Below are positions 1 through 13,123 of a stretch of DNA of 64,000 nt, in pieces; positions within the stretch are counted from its first letter, which is position 1, and each line of letters begins with the position of its first letter. Both the position numbers and the translations under genes were made by a program. The notes below the pieces were generated by a model. The model ran no database searches and was not told where the DNA came from. It saw nothing but the letters and a program-made list of their open reading frames with translations. The DNA is from Octopus vulgaris (lineage: Eukaryota): assembly GCA_951406725.2 (NCBI GenBank), contig OX597818.1:113088001-113152000 (forward strand), given 5' to 3'.

Positions 1-108
1 TGAAGCCTTATCAGACGGGTATTCCTGATGGACATACTGGGCTTCGTATATTTGTACTCCCCTGTCTCTTTCCATGGTATGCGCTGCTCTATCACTTAAT
101 AATAATAA
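1..108 (+). mobile_element. 3' end of an (AAT)n-tailed retroposon (family C), cut by the window edge
   Basis: ATCAGACGGGTA..ATACTGGGCTTCGTATATTT..CACTTAATAATAATAAT matches the reverse complement of 1271-1400 and the fragment at 62295-62380. Confidence 0.75.
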
Positions 109-1270
109 TCATTTGTTCAGTTTTCAAAATCATGGCCAATATAGTAATGCAGAGACGCTTTCTAAACGTTTACGAGGATTTTTTGATGAAAGATAGACAA
201 GACTACAATTAAAATGTTTTGAGAAAATGTGGGAAAGAATATCCTATTTCAAAAATTCATATAAGTATAAATAGAAATCAATACAAATGTCCCTCATTGC
301 TGAGGGGCTTCCACCAGAGTATCTGAGGATTCTTTCAGCTACTCCTTCCTCGTTACAGAACTTGATATATACAAATATGTACATAATCTATTCTGGGGAC
401 AATGAAAGTGTGTCCCCTCAGGTCTGACGATTTTTTTATTTGTATTCTATCAAATTAATTATCATTTTGCTGTCTACTATACAATCAGCAAATTTCGTAA
501 TATATCTCCCTTCAAAATAGCTTCTTATTTCAATCAAGATCATTTAAATATTTTCTATAAGCGGGTACCTGATGTCTTCCGGGGTAATGTTGTCAATTTT
601 TGTGCTTCCTAAATATTTGTGGTCTGAGTCATAATTTCCCTTACTGCATTTTCATCTTCTTCGTTTCCAATGGCAGTTTGCCCTGCAGCTTTCAAATTCA
701 CCCCATGGTTACATTGCGTTAAGGTGTTAAAACTGGGAGTTGAAACTTCACAGTTCTGGCAGTAAGAGATGGTGTACATTTTTAGGATATCCCCAAAACT
801 ACAAACAGTCGCTGACTGGAAGTAGTAAATTTAAGAGCCTGTAATTGAATGGTTATATTATTACCTGTCATTATCCAATACGGATCGTATTGCCAAAAAC
901 GTAACAACCTGAATCTCTGCTATGTACTAGGGCACTATTTGCGTCAATTTTTGTTTCCACCCGAATCGTATCTGCAGAAAAATATTATACCCAGCCACAA
1001 AAATTGGGAGGAAGCAGTGCCTCTGACGAGTACGCTCATAAAATGCCTTTTCATATATAGTGTCAAAGAATGTAACGAAGAAGTCTGGAACGAATGATGG
1101 GAATGGAAATGGAAGGTGGATTCACTAAAAATGTTAAGAATAAAACGAGCACACCGTTTTTAAGGTTTAACTGCAAACCAATTTAGAATTTGATATTGCA
1201 GAGATCGTAGAGTTGTTCTTAAAATGTTTTTCCCCCTTAGTGGCTCAATGTTATTTTACAGCAAACGTAT

Positions 1271-1790
1271 TATCATTATTATTATTATTATTGAGTGAGA
1301 GAGAGAGAGTAGTTTATGCCATCAAAGTGACACTGGGGTAAAATATACGAAGCCCAGTATACCCATCATGACTACCCGTCTGATTAGGGTACACCAGCCA
1401 CATCAATCACAACCATATGTGCGCAACATGGTGATCTCATATCAAGATAAACAGCACATGACCTTCTAGGTGGGGCCCAGTTAGAATGTTCTTCTGGTCG
1501 AATAGCCCATCCCTCTCAAAAGATCCTTGAATAGGGGTTGTTTAAACATGTTGAATGAAACACACATGTTTCCAAAGGGGAATTATCTAAACCCCAAAGA
1601 ATTCCTCTCAACACATGGCTATGATGCTCTCCCACTACTTCTGCTCGTGATCAGAGATGCACATATCGTCAGCCACTAAGGGGCATTGTCAACTGGTTAA
1701 GGTCAAACAACCGACAAGCAAATCTGTTGTATTGAGCAGAATATTTGCTGTTGCCCATCTTTTATACCAAGACAAAACAATGTAAATTAT
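1271..1790 (-). mobile_element. (AAT)n-tailed retroposon fragment (family C; SINE or LINE 3' region, unclassified)
   Basis: GC-richer block of about 520 bp with a (TAT)n tail at its left end. Its 3' sequence recurs at 1-108 and 62295-62380. Confidence 0.75.
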
Positions 1791-1811
1791 AAAACTTATC
1801 ATAAAACGTTT

Positions 1812-1935
1812 ACTATTATTATTATTGTTGTTTTTGATGCTGCTGCTGCTGTTGTTGTTATTGTTGTTGTTGTTGGTCGTCTTATTATTATTATTATGAT
1901 TATTATTATTATTATTATCATTATTATTATTATTT
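1812..1935. repeat. Compound trinucleotide microsatellite (TTA/TTG/CTG)n
   Basis: Seen directly in the sequence. Confidence 0.9.
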
Positions 1936-3758
1936 CATGTTTACGTCAAATAAATTATAATCAATCATTTCAAAGTCTTTCAGGACATATTCCTGCTAAT
2001 TCCCAAATCGTACATAAAACACAACATTAGTGGTGTCTACCACGAGAGGAAAATTGATGTCATTAGTACATTTTAGCGTTATAAAACATTAATTTGTAGT
2101 ATTAATATAAAGTTTAACTCATATCTCTATATAAAAACACATTTTATACATAAATATATATCACATTTTAAAGTAAAATTATCAACAAAAGACTTTCATA
2201 ATAGTATCTTCGAATCAGAGCCAACACAATAGAAATAATATATATTGCTCTGTTACTCACAAATTAATGCGAGGAAAATAATGAAAGAAATATCACATAG
2301 TTTTCAGTAATTGACAAATGTAATTTGTTTTCCGAGTGAACAAACGAACAATAGTTTTAGCTGTTTATCATCTCAGCTTTAATAATTATGAGTTACTTCA
2401 ATAATATACTGTGTGATTAAAAACATTTATACACTGGCAATATAATAGAAACGTAATTTTGTGTTATTTTGTTACATTTAGAAACACTTGGGAAAGAAAA
2501 TTAATTTATACAGATGCCATATGTTGGTACAATAGTTATTGCTGGAACGCGTAGTAAAATATTAATACCCTAAAATAGTAGTTTTCTTCGAAAATATTAT
2601 TCGAAAATATTCTTCCTGATCAAAAATGCATAAGGCAGATGTTGAGATTTTTAATGTTTGTTTTTCAAGATGTGTTGTTCATAAAATTTAAGAGTAGTAA
2701 CATCGTCTCCAGTCAACGGTCCATAATTTATCGACTTCAAAGTCAAAACTCTTTGGAAAACTAATTAGAAAAAACTTCATTGTAGAAAATCTTTATACTC
2801 TTAACAAAGACAGATTTATTCAAGCAAACTCTTTCCTATATTATTATTGCAAGCAGTGTACTACCATTCAAAAGATATAGGAACCTGCTGATCCAAATTT
2901 GCTAATTATGGATTGAACTTTGCTCATTTTTCTCCCATCTTCTGGGCTCTCCTTCGGAAAGCAAAGCATAGAATTTCTCTATTGTTTAAAAATAAATGGC
3001 CCGTATTGGCGGCTTTTGGAATATATTTCCTGTGAATAGTCATTGTTTTGATTGTGAATTATCTTATAATGTCTAATCATTGGAAATCTAATTGCCAACA
3101 CGTAAAGTAGGAAATCGACCGATATACCTATTACAGGATGAGTACAAGAAATTTGATGAGTGCTGGAGCATTTGTAATTATTTACTAGAAGCGAAACGTC
3201 TTATGAACTTAGAAATCCTTATACTAAAATCCCTGTTACAGAAGTATACTAACAATTCACAAAAGAGAAAACATTTTCTCTTATTATAAAAGGATTTCCC
3301 CCACCTAGCACACACGTCTGGCCTTTCTTTTCTTTTCGTTTTTGTATTTTTCAGTCCTGCATATTTACATATTTTATCTCAAACAAGAAATCATGCAGAG
3401 TATTCACATTCCAATTCTACAGTAGACACGTAACGTCTCTATTTTCCTGAATTTTTCACATGAATATTGTGAAAACCGAGAAATGACTGCGAAAATAGTT
3501 ACAGACAAAAGAGTTACGAATGAGTCCCTGTCCATATGTAGGGATGGTAAGAATTCAATAGTTAATCATTTTAAAGATGTAGCTGTGAGGGATAATCGAT
3601 AGGTTATATTTAAGAACTGGACGTAAGAAGATAAAAATCAACAATGCTCGAATTATTTGTACAGACAACTAAAAGAAATAATCTTACATTCGTGTTTGGA
3701 TTTCAGTTGAATTGATATTAAAATACAACATACACACACACACACACGCACACACACG

Positions 3759-3791
<33 letters not shown>

Positions 3792-5074
3792 CTACATCGA
3801 AATATATTGTTATCATATATAAATGCATATATATATATATATATATATAAATATATATATATATACATATATATACCTATATCAATGTAAGATCCAGGGA
3901 AGTAAGAAGTAGGACTAATGACCCAATATTTCAGAAAAAATGTTGAGCAACTTATTGTCCTCAAGGAACTTGATCAGGCTTATTTCCAAACTTACAATAT
4001 CTCAGATACAAAAGCTAGAACTTGAACATAAGCGCTTCGACGACGAAATGCTAATCAGCGTTACGAGTAAATATTTCCACAACAAATAAAGTGTATGACT
4101 ACATCAGTAGAGAGCATGTTTTGAATGTTTTCGAACTTTAGGTTTGTAATTATTGTTTGCTCATTTGTTGCATCTGCTCCTCTACATAAGCGCAGTTGCT
4201 ATTTCTAAGTTAATATTGCATACCAAAGAAGTATTGTAAGATTTTAGTGGAAACATGTTCACCAAGTTGGTGCGCATAGAAAATCAGGTTATTTTGTACC
4301 CGCGCAATGCTAATTTAGAAGTGGCACAATAGAATATAGAGTAAACCCTGTACACTAATGCTAAAGATTAAATCCGAGCATTGACACTTCAGATTTGTTT
4401 GTACATTTTGTGAGTTTGTGTATGTGTTAGTGAATGTGTGTGTGAGTGCAATGTAAAAGATAATTGACAATGCAACGTATTATACTTATATTGATATGGC
4501 ATCCCTGATAAAAAGCAGAATATTTTGTAGAAAGGATTTATTCATACAAAAAGAAAAGATATAGCCTGAGAAATGCTGTTCTGTGGAGCATTTTCTAATT
4601 TGCCAGAAAACTATCGGTAAATGTTTATGTTCGGAATGCATTATTAGGGAATTTACTTTCGCAAGCGATCGCTTAATTGATAATCCTGCCATCACTAATA
4701 CGATCCATTAACTGAAGCAATCAGATTATATTAACGCCTACAATGATAATCACACTCGCTGGAAAATGTACATAAATATACTTTTATAATAACATGCTTG
4801 CAATAAATATGTAAGGCAGGACAAGTACGAAGAATAGAGTATCTCATAAAATATGGAAATGTGATTGATAGATTCGCAAAAAATAATTGGATTGACCAAG
4901 AAGACAACAGTATCAACACGAACAATCTCTCAAATATTCCAGTAAAGTATTTTAGAAACTTATCAGGCAATGATATTTATATGCTCGTATATTAAAATTG
5001 GATAAATATGTACGTTTCTGCAATTGTATAACAATACGTACACACACATACACTTATACACACATATGTATATG

Positions 5075-5097
<23 letters not shown>

Positions 5098-5116
<19 letters not shown>

Positions 5117-5366
5117 CGTGAACATAAGTATATATGAATATATATAGGAATACACATATACACATATGCATGCATATACATATATATATATATGGATAGC
5201 TTGATATACATACATACATGTGTGTGTGTGTGTGAACATAAGTATATATGAATATATATAAGAATAAATATACACATATGCATACACATATACACATATG
5301 CATGCATATACATATATATATATATGGATAGCTTGATATACATACATACATGTGTGTGTGTGTGTG
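5098..5366. repeat. Tandem duplication of a ~115-130 bp microsatellite-rich unit
   Basis: GTGAACATAAGTATATATGAATATATATA...GGATAGCTTGATATACATACATACATG occurs twice in tandem. Confidence 0.85.
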
Positions 5367-5448
5367 TTATGTGTGTGTGTGTGTATGTGTGTGTGTGTGC
5401 ATCTGTGTCTTCATGAAGTCTGCCTACACATTCCAGTTCTCTAAAGTA

Positions 5449-6323
5449 TATTAGTTGGTGAGAAATTTTACAATTTTCTGGTCAACGTACTGAAGTGGAA
5501 GATGACTGAACTGAAGCCATAATTGAATATGATTGTCATTAAACTGTGCGATAGATTGCAGAGAGGGTAAATGTATCACACACAATTGAAAATCACTTAA
5601 AATATCTTGGACTTTTTAAGAGGCTTGATATTTGGGTTTCACATAAATTTAAAGAGACTCTCTTAACACAACGAATCAATACTTACGTTATGCATCTCAA
5701 ACGCAATGATATCGACCTTTTTTTTTTTAAGTGAATCATCAGTGGTGATGAAACATGAATTGTCTACAATAACAGCAGTCGAAAACGATCATGGTTCAAT
5801 CCTAACAAACCAGCACAAACCACTTGTGGTTTGCATAAAAAGCTGAATTGCATAAAAAGGGGTCATGCTGTCAATTTAGAAGGATTACAAAGGTGTTGTG
5901 TATTTTGAGCTGCTTCCAAGGAACCAAACAATCGATTTAGATATTTACTGTCGTAAAAGAATCGTGTTCCACCATGACAACCCTATATCACACTCGTCAT
6001 TATTAACTCGAAAGAAAAACATTGGAGCTTGGTTGGGAAGTGATATCACATCCACCATATAACCCTGATCTTGCAACATCAGATTACCATTTATTTCGAG
6101 GTTGGCAAAATTTTTTGACCGGTGAAACTTACAAGAATGATGATGACCTGTAAATCACACTTCCTTCAGTTTTTGGCTGATAATCACCAGAAGCACTATG
6201 AGCGCACAATCATAAACTTTCCAAAAAGATGGCATCAGGTCGTCGAACAAAATAGAAATTATATAAATGTTTAACGTTCATAATTCGCATGTAAAAAAAT
6301 GACTTTTATTTCACACTAACAAA
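5449..6323 (+). mobile_element. Decayed mariner (DD34D-type) transposase pseudogene
   Basis: Translated fragments KRLDIWVSHK (WVPHEL-like), IISGDET*IVYNNSSRKRSW, FHHDN, LGWEVISHPPYNPDLATSDYHLFR (YSPDLAP motif) and RWHQVVEQN, with stops and frameshifts. Confidence 0.92.
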
Positions 6324-6500
6324 AACTGCGGCCATGTTGGAGCACCATTCTTAGTCGAACAAGTCGACCTGAGGCCTTATTCTTTACAAGCCTAGTACTT
6401 ATGCTATGGGTCTCTTTTACCGAACCGCTAAGTTACGGGGACGTAAACACACCAATATCGGATGAGAAGCGATGCTAGGGGACAAACAGACACAAAAACA
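6324..6500 (-). mobile_element. SINE family A, 3' half of an older copy (continues at 6994-7159)
   Basis: Reverse complement of the family A 3' half (GGTGCTCCAGCATGGCCGCAG, CTTAGCGGTTCGG). Confidence 0.9.
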
Positions 6501-6559
6501 TATATACTTATACATATTTATATATGCATATTTATATATTCATATATATACACATATAT

Positions 6560-6974
6560 AGGTGCAGGAGTGGATGTATGGTAAGTAGCTTGTTTACCAA
6601 TCACATGGTTCCGGGTTCAGTCCCACTGCGTGGCATCTTGGGCAAGTGTCTTCTACTATAGCCTCGGGCCGACCAAAGCCTTGTGAGAGGATTTGGTAGA
6701 CGGAAACTGAAAGAAGGCCGTCGTGTATATGTATGTATATATATATATATGCGCGTGTGTGTTTGTGTGTCTGTGTTTGTCCCCCTAGCATTGCTTGACA
6801 ACCGATGCTGGTGTGTTTATGTCCCCGTTACGTAGCGGTTCGGAAAAAGAGACCGATAGAATAAGTACTGGGCTTACAAAAGAAAAAGTCTCGGGGTCGA
6901 GCTGCTCGATTAAAGGCGGTGCTCCAGCATGGCCGCAGTCAAATGACTGAAACAAGTAAAAGAGTAAAAGAGTA
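6560..6974 (+). mobile_element. Full-length tRNA-derived SINE family A with an internal (TA)/(TG) microsatellite
   Basis: A-box-like TGGATGTATGG, B-box-like GGTTCAGTCCC, TTGGGCAAGTG body and GTAAAAGAGTAAAAGAG tail. Nearly identical to 56936-57344. Confidence 0.95.
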
Positions 6975-6993
6975 AATATATATATATATATAT

Positions 6994-7159
6994 TTACGTC
7001 GGGCTTCGAACAGTTTCCGTCTACCAAATCAACTCACAAAGCTTTAGTTGGCACATGACTATAGTAGAAAACACTAGCCCAAGGTGATACGCAACGGGAC
7101 TGAACTCGGAACAATGTTGTTGGAAGCAAGATTCTTACCAGAGATCCACGCCTTCGCCA
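6994..7159 (-). mobile_element. SINE family A, 5' half of the older copy
   Basis: Diverged reverse complement of the family A head and body (CAGTTTCCGTCTACCAAATC, CCCAAGGTG, GGGACTGAAC). Confidence 0.88.
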
Positions 7160-7347
7160 TGATAGATCGCTAGCCACTACACATTCTATATTTTGTCACC
7201 TTGTTTCTTTTTGTGTTCCTTTCTGTGGAAGAGTGTAGGCTCGAAATGTTAAAGACTGTTTCACTTCCCGAGCGTTATACTAGTACATCTGTTTGTTTTG
7301 TACACCACCTGTCTTCGTCCATTTTGTTTATTTTGGGGAATTCTCCA
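7160..7347 (+). mobile_element. Short repeat with a hammerhead-like motif, probably Penelope-like-element derived; second copy at 36744-36910 (-)
   Basis: CTTT CTGTGGA AGAGTGTAGGCTC GAAA TGTT AAAG at 7219-7254. Homologous to the reverse complement of 36744-36910 and ends in (TA)n. Confidence 0.7.
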
Positions 7348-7368
7348 TATATATATATATATATATAT

Positions 7369-7478
7369 TTACAAGATAAGGGCAAAAGAAAAATTCTAAT
7401 GCCAAATATGCCGAAACAAAAATTGTCAATAACCATTATAATTTATGTGTCTCGAAACAAACCGATAGAAATTTCTAT
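7369..7478 (-). repeat. Fragment of the repeat at 49870-50230, inverted orientation
   Basis: AAGGGCAAA..AAAAATTCTAATGCCAAATATGCCGAAA..AATTGTCAATAAC..CTCGAAACAAACCGATAGAAATTTCTA is the reverse complement of about 50102-50222. Confidence 0.85.
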
Positions 7479-7590
7479 AGATATATATATATATATATAT
7501 AACATAGATGCTCATCTATGTTCTTGTCTGTATGCTTATATAAGGGAGCGTGACTGTGCATGTATACATACAGACACATGCACATATATA

Positions 7591-7638
<48 letters not shown>

Positions 7639-8647
7639 CATACAGACACATATATAAATATATACATGTATGTGTGTGCGCGTGTGTGTGCATGTATATA
7701 TATAGGTATTTACGTATTTAATAATCGTATGGTATACACCAGGTAATTTGTTGGTAAAATGCGATCAGTAGCTTAGTGTTCGTTGGTGATGTAATTAATG
7801 AAAGATACGGAAGTTGGAAGATAAAAGAATATATCTGGATCACTACAATCATTTCGACCCTTCTAGCATGTATATATGTATTTTTTTCTCGCTATTTTAT
7901 ATTAGATCTGTGTGTATGGAGATGCAAATATTTTTATTTGAATGTGTATATGTATATTTGTATATTTGCACGTTTCGATTTCCTGTGAATGTATATATGC
8001 GCACAAACATCAATGGATGCATCCTATTCGTTTATCTGGGCCTTCCCTTTCATTACTTCAACGTATTCTTTATGGAACTATATTCCCAGTAGTGAGAAAT
8101 AATACACCATCGAACTACAACAATAAATGTCATACTTTCATTCCATCTTTATCTCTCCTTTTTGCAGCCATTTTCTTTTATCTAAAGAACGTAATTTCCA
8201 CTGAGAGTGGATATATAAGCAAATAATATTTCTTTTTATTAACGTGTATGCATCACACTTATGGAACGTCCACAAACTAGAGTGTTTCTGATCGGTTTTA
8301 CAAATTGCTCTCTCAATCAATATGCGAGCTGGTGGCCCTTAATAATGTTCTGCATGTGACAAAACGAATTCAAGAGACAATCCTTTAATACAAAAAATAT
8401 ATACAGTTTCAACAACATCGAGGGCTTCATATACATGAATATAGATATGATTAGGTGTGAAATTATCCATGTGCATGTACGTGCACGCGTGTGTGCGTAT
8501 ATATCTGCGTGTGTGTGTGTTTGCTTATATGTTGTTGTAATGAAAGAAGTTTTCATTAATCTGATGGGTTACTCTATGTTTTTGCAGAGTACAAATGAAT
8601 TATTCTTAAACAAATCACAGTCAACAACATACAATTTCAATAATATG

Positions 8648-8690
<43 letters not shown>

Positions 8691-8744
8691 TGCCGCTGAA
8701 TATCAGCTATGCGATGATACTTGCAAATTTATTACTCGAAATAC

Positions 8745-8802
8745 TACACTGAGGACAAAAATAGGTGAATATAATTTACTGTAACTTCGAAATGCATCTA
8801 TG
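8745..8802 (+). ncRNA. Degenerate type I hammerhead-like motif
   Basis: CTGAGGA...GTGAAT-ATA-ATTTAC (helix II)...CGAAA TGCA TC. TGCA is consistent with CpG decay of a CGCG palindrome. Confidence 0.4.
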
Positions 8803-9033
8803 GTTAATCGAAGTCATGTGGATTCATCATTTTTTTTGCCTACATATAAATGTGTTTTACTGTCTCGGAGATATTTATGGTAGTTCAAATGACGTTAGCG
8901 TCTATTTCTCATTCGGTACGTGGTGAAGCAATTAGCTGTCCCCCGATTATAATTATGTATATAAATATAGAATATTTAATTTATATATATATATATATAT
9001 ATACAAACACACAAACTCACATAATATACATAC

Positions 9034-9097
<64 letters not shown>

Positions 9098-9508
9098 TTG
9101 GCCAAAAGTCATCTGACAATAAACCAAATCCATTTGACTCCAAGATTTATTTATGTTTAATATCTCAATGAATTTAATAAAAGCATCTGAATATGAAACA
9201 TCATGAACATTTTTCCAACTGATGTCCTTGTGCAACACATTTTTCCATTCGTGTCTATAGAGAATTACAGATAGCATAATATAATGTTCAGTTACAGTTG
9301 GGTGATTTTGACGAACGCTGTTTAATATGTGTGTGTATAATTTAGGATATTATAACACTTATATATGCATATATAAATATACAAATATTCATACATCAAT
9401 ATGTATGTGTGTGTACACACATGTATGTATACATATGTGTGTACACATATGCACACATATACGTGTGTAAAAGGTTAAACTGGGATTCGTCCTTTAATCT
9501 TTTTTTTC

Positions 9509-9580
9509 TGTACTAATGAGTACTGTGATAATTGCGAATTCAAAATGAACTTATACCTATGTAAGAAACGATTGTATGCA
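9509..9580 (+). ncRNA. Degenerate type I hammerhead-like motif
   Basis: TGTA CTAATGA GTAC...GTAA GAAAC GATT GTA TGCA. Helix I is UGUA/UGCA, the cleavage triplet is GUA, and core G5 is mutated. Confidence 0.5.
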
Positions 9581-9667
9581 TGAATAAACTACTTACACAT
9601 TTTTAACATCTTATCTCATACGTTTTGACAAATATGATTGGATTTGTAGAACTTCATTCCATAAATT

Positions 9668-9997
9668 AATCATACACTTTATATATCAGCGAGAAGTTGG
9701 GGTTATAAGATATAATGGTGTCATTGAGACCCAAAGGTGTCAGGTAATGCTGAATAAGTGCTATAGACAGACCATAGTTAAGTTCCAGATTCGGTAATAT
9801 TGCTAATAAAGGGTTCAACGTTGGTTCTATATCAGCGTATCACATCGAAACTAACTATGACTTAACTTTTCCTCTCACACCGTCTCCGATGAACGGATAT
9901 TATTATTAATTAATATTCTAGAAACATTTATTTATAAATGCTGTAATATCTATACAGCTTTGGGTTTTATCTCATTACGCAAAAAAATCATACACTT

Positions 9998-10004
<7 letters not shown>
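9668..10004 (+). mobile_element. Short element bounded by a 19-bp direct repeat, containing a degenerate hammerhead-like motif (9881-9950)
   Basis: AATCATACACTTTATATAT at 9668 and 9986. Internal CCGATGA AC GGATATTA..TAATATTC TA GAAACA[insertion]GCTGTA. Confidence 0.55.
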
Positions 10005-10040
<36 letters not shown>

Positions 10041-10044
10041 CTGT

Positions 10045-10259
10045 GTGTGTATTTGCGTGTTTGTGTTTGTCCCCCTAGCATTACTTGACAACTGATGCTG
10101 GTGTGTTTACGTCCCCGTCACTTAGCGGTTCGGCAAAAGAGACCGATAGAATAAGCCCTGGGCTTACAAAGAATAAGTCCCGGGGTCAAATTGCTCGACT
10201 AAAGGCGGTGCTCCAGCATGGCCGCAGTCAAATAACTGAAACAAGTAAAAGAGTAAAGA

Positions 10260-10261
<2 letters not shown>
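10045..10261 (+). mobile_element. SINE family A, 3' half
   Basis: Near-identical to 6770-6974 and starts within a (TA)/(TG) tract. Confidence 0.93.
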
Positions 10262-10332
<71 letters not shown>

Positions 10333-11153
10333 CGTGTGTGTGTGTGTGTGTGTGTGGCGAGTGACCGACAGACATGTAAATAAGTAGACAAAGTGAAAAT
10401 GACAAACACAGTAAACAGAAATGCCTGGTATTGTTTGAAAACTCAATAGTAAAGTGTTCGCTAACTTATTTGTCGTAAGTGCACGAATCTTGACTAAGTG
10501 AAATGAAACATGGAATGCATTACAGTGTATGTGTGTGAAATCTTTAATACTACGTAGAAACTCCTGACCTATTTCGATTTTTGTAGAATTTTCGTTAGAT
10601 CACGTGAGTTGCATGTTGTTTCTTTTTTTTTTCAATATATAAATTAGTGACATCAAATAAGAAAAAAATTATGTTAAAAAAACGTGCAGTCTAAAATTAA
10701 TGTCGACGTGTGACATACTCGAAGCCATTTATTTCAGTAACAGAAGACATTCAGGATAAATCTTTGGAAAGTGAATTGAGGCCATTCATAACATTTTGTT
10801 CAAGGAAGCACATTCACATGACTGCTGTTTTGTAATTTCCGTATGAAAATCAGCGTTTTCGAATGTTGTGGATCAATTATCACCATTTGTTGTTGATTAC
10901 TCACAGACCTAGAAACTAATTAATACAATCACCAGAGAGTAAAAATGATCACCTTTTCGATACTTCCAGGCAGAGTTACGATGTTGCTGATGTAGCAGAC
11001 CGCGTAGGGGTATTTTGAAGGTGACTCCGAAGAAGGGCACATTCTCAATAGCTAAGAACTGTATAAAGAAACTTTTCGTGTATTACGAACTATAATACAA
11101 AAGAAATGTTAAGCGCGAAGAACAAACTTCAAGAGACAACTTTCCTGTGTGAG

Positions 11154-11159
11154 AGTGTG

Positions 11160-11206
<47 letters not shown>

Positions 11207-11210
11207 GCAT

Positions 11211-11282
<72 letters not shown>
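11154..11282. repeat. (TG)n microsatellite
   Basis: Seen directly in the sequence. Confidence 0.95.
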
Positions 11283-11287
<5 letters not shown>

Positions 11288-11535
11288 TAGTATAAATGCC
11301 GCAACTTGTTTTACATTCCAAAGCACATGACTTCGCCTCTTTAAAAAGCAACTGACAAACGGTCTTGATATCAGCTTGAAAATTGGTAAGATAAAGTTTC
11401 GCAAAGAAAACATTGGGTAACCATATTTAACAAGAATTATGGTAGTTATTATAATACTGTCTTTACTCACTTATTTGATCCTGTTTTTTACTACTCGTTG
11501 AAGCCTGGTGATATATCTATATGTATATGTATATT

Positions 11536-11773
11536 CATTTGTTTACTACCCACAAGGGGCTAAACATAGAGGGGACGAACAAGGACAGACAAAGGAATTA
11601 AGTCGATTACATCGACCCCCAGTGCAAAACTGGTACTTTATTTATCGACCCCGAAAGGATGAAAGGCAAAGTCGACCTCGGCGGAATTTGAACTCAGAAC
11701 GTAACGACAGACGAAATACCGCTAAGCATTTCGCCAAACGCGCTAGCGTTTCTGCCAGTACGCCCGCCCGCCA
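11536..11773 (-). mobile_element. tRNA-derived SINE family B, full length
   Basis: The reverse strand has CTGGCAGAAACGCTAGC, B-box GAGTTCAAATTCC and central GACTTTGCCTTTCATCCTTTCGGGGTCGATAAATAAAGTACCAG, which resembles the Meta-SINE central domain (recalled, unverified). Confidence 0.92.
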
Positions 11774-11851
11774 CTGTATATGTATATGTATATATATATA
11801 CTGCGTGCGTGTTTATTGCCTAAAATGTCAACATGACTATCCCAAATACAA

Positions 11852-11908
<57 letters not shown>

Positions 11909-11912
11909 CTTC

Positions 11913-11958
11913 TAAGCATTTCGCCCGGTGTGCTAACGTTTCTGCCAGCTCGCCGCCT
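11913..11958 (-). mobile_element. SINE family B head fragment
   Basis: TAAGCATTTCGCCCGGTGTGCTAACGTTTCTGCCAGCTCGCCGCC is nearly identical to 35936-35980. Confidence 0.85.
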
Positions 11959-12992
11959 TAATAGTCCGATATAGCTTGAAGACCGATATAGCTAAGATGA
12001 TGTTATCCTTTCTCATCCTCCCGTGATGTACCTCTACTCTTCTAAAGGTATTTGCAGACTGTTGTGCGTTCATACACACGTACACACTTACTCACGTACA
12101 CATACAAACAGATATATTGTAAGTAAGTTAATACAGCTTCGGTAAAATACTATGAACTTATCTTAAATTCTAAGCAACACAGACAGTTTAGTGTCAGCAA
12201 ATCGTGTTATAATAGAGGCGGAAAGATATCGATGCATTATCTGTGTTTCCACATGCAATGAACTTTGTGGGAATATATGAATGCAATCGTGGTTGTGTGC
12301 GCTTGTTTGTTTATAGATGTCATGGTATGTATGAAGTCGGTTACTTCATTTTAGTATCATCTTCTCTCATAACAAACAATAAAAATTCTAATTTATATAC
12401 AGAAATTAAAAACCAACTATATGCACACACATTTCACTCAAATCACATTTGCCTTAAATTTTAATGACCAGAAAATTAAATGTCGCTTGTTATACGAGAG
12501 AGACCATATTTTTTTTTTTTTTTCACGCGTTGAAACTTTTTATTGAAAATCACCTTTCTCAAATATTTTCAACTCAACATTTTGCCTTGTTTGCTTTATA
12601 ATATTTTTCGATTCTTGCAATTACTAATTATTTCGCTTATAAAAATTGTAAACAATATTTCAGTTCCAATGTGATTATAAAGCGACAAAACAATTTTGAC
12701 AGTTAATGATTTTTTTCTGTTCATTTATGTATTCTGTAACACGATTTTTGTTCTTTAAATTTAATGTAATTACAGAAAATATTTGCAAAACAAAACATGC
12801 AATCAAAGTAGTAATCACGCTCGGCATCTCCTGTTGCATTGGAATTTGGGTTGAACTATTTATATGTCCTACTAACCCACATGTCGAGAAAAATAGGTTT
12901 CTTCTTCACCAAGAATCCTTTATATTGTAGAAGGCTCTGAATTAGAAATATTATATATATATCAAAATAAGCAACAATGATTTCCAGGGGTA

Positions 12993-13080
12993 ATGCAGTA
13001 CGATCGTTTCAAGCAACTCCATTTAATTGAACAATGCAATCATTACATCAATTTAAATGCAGAGCAATCCTCAGCTACAT
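12993..13080 (-). ncRNA. Type I hammerhead-like ribozyme with an extended helix II
   Basis: The minus strand reads AUGUAG CUGAGGA [57-nt hairpin] GAAAC GAUC GUA CUGCAU. Helix I has 6 bp, helix III is the palindrome ACGAUCGU, and the triplet is GUA. The base of helix II is non-canonical. Confidence 0.65.
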
Positions 13081-13123
13081 ATATACATAGAATTTAATCA
13101 AATTAAAACAAATAGACATATTA

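Noticed and set aside
290-830. Coding-like minus-strand stretches (e.g. AAGQTAIGNEEDENAVREIM)
   Set aside because: Interrupted by stops with no recognisable motif. Possibly an old TE, but unsupported.
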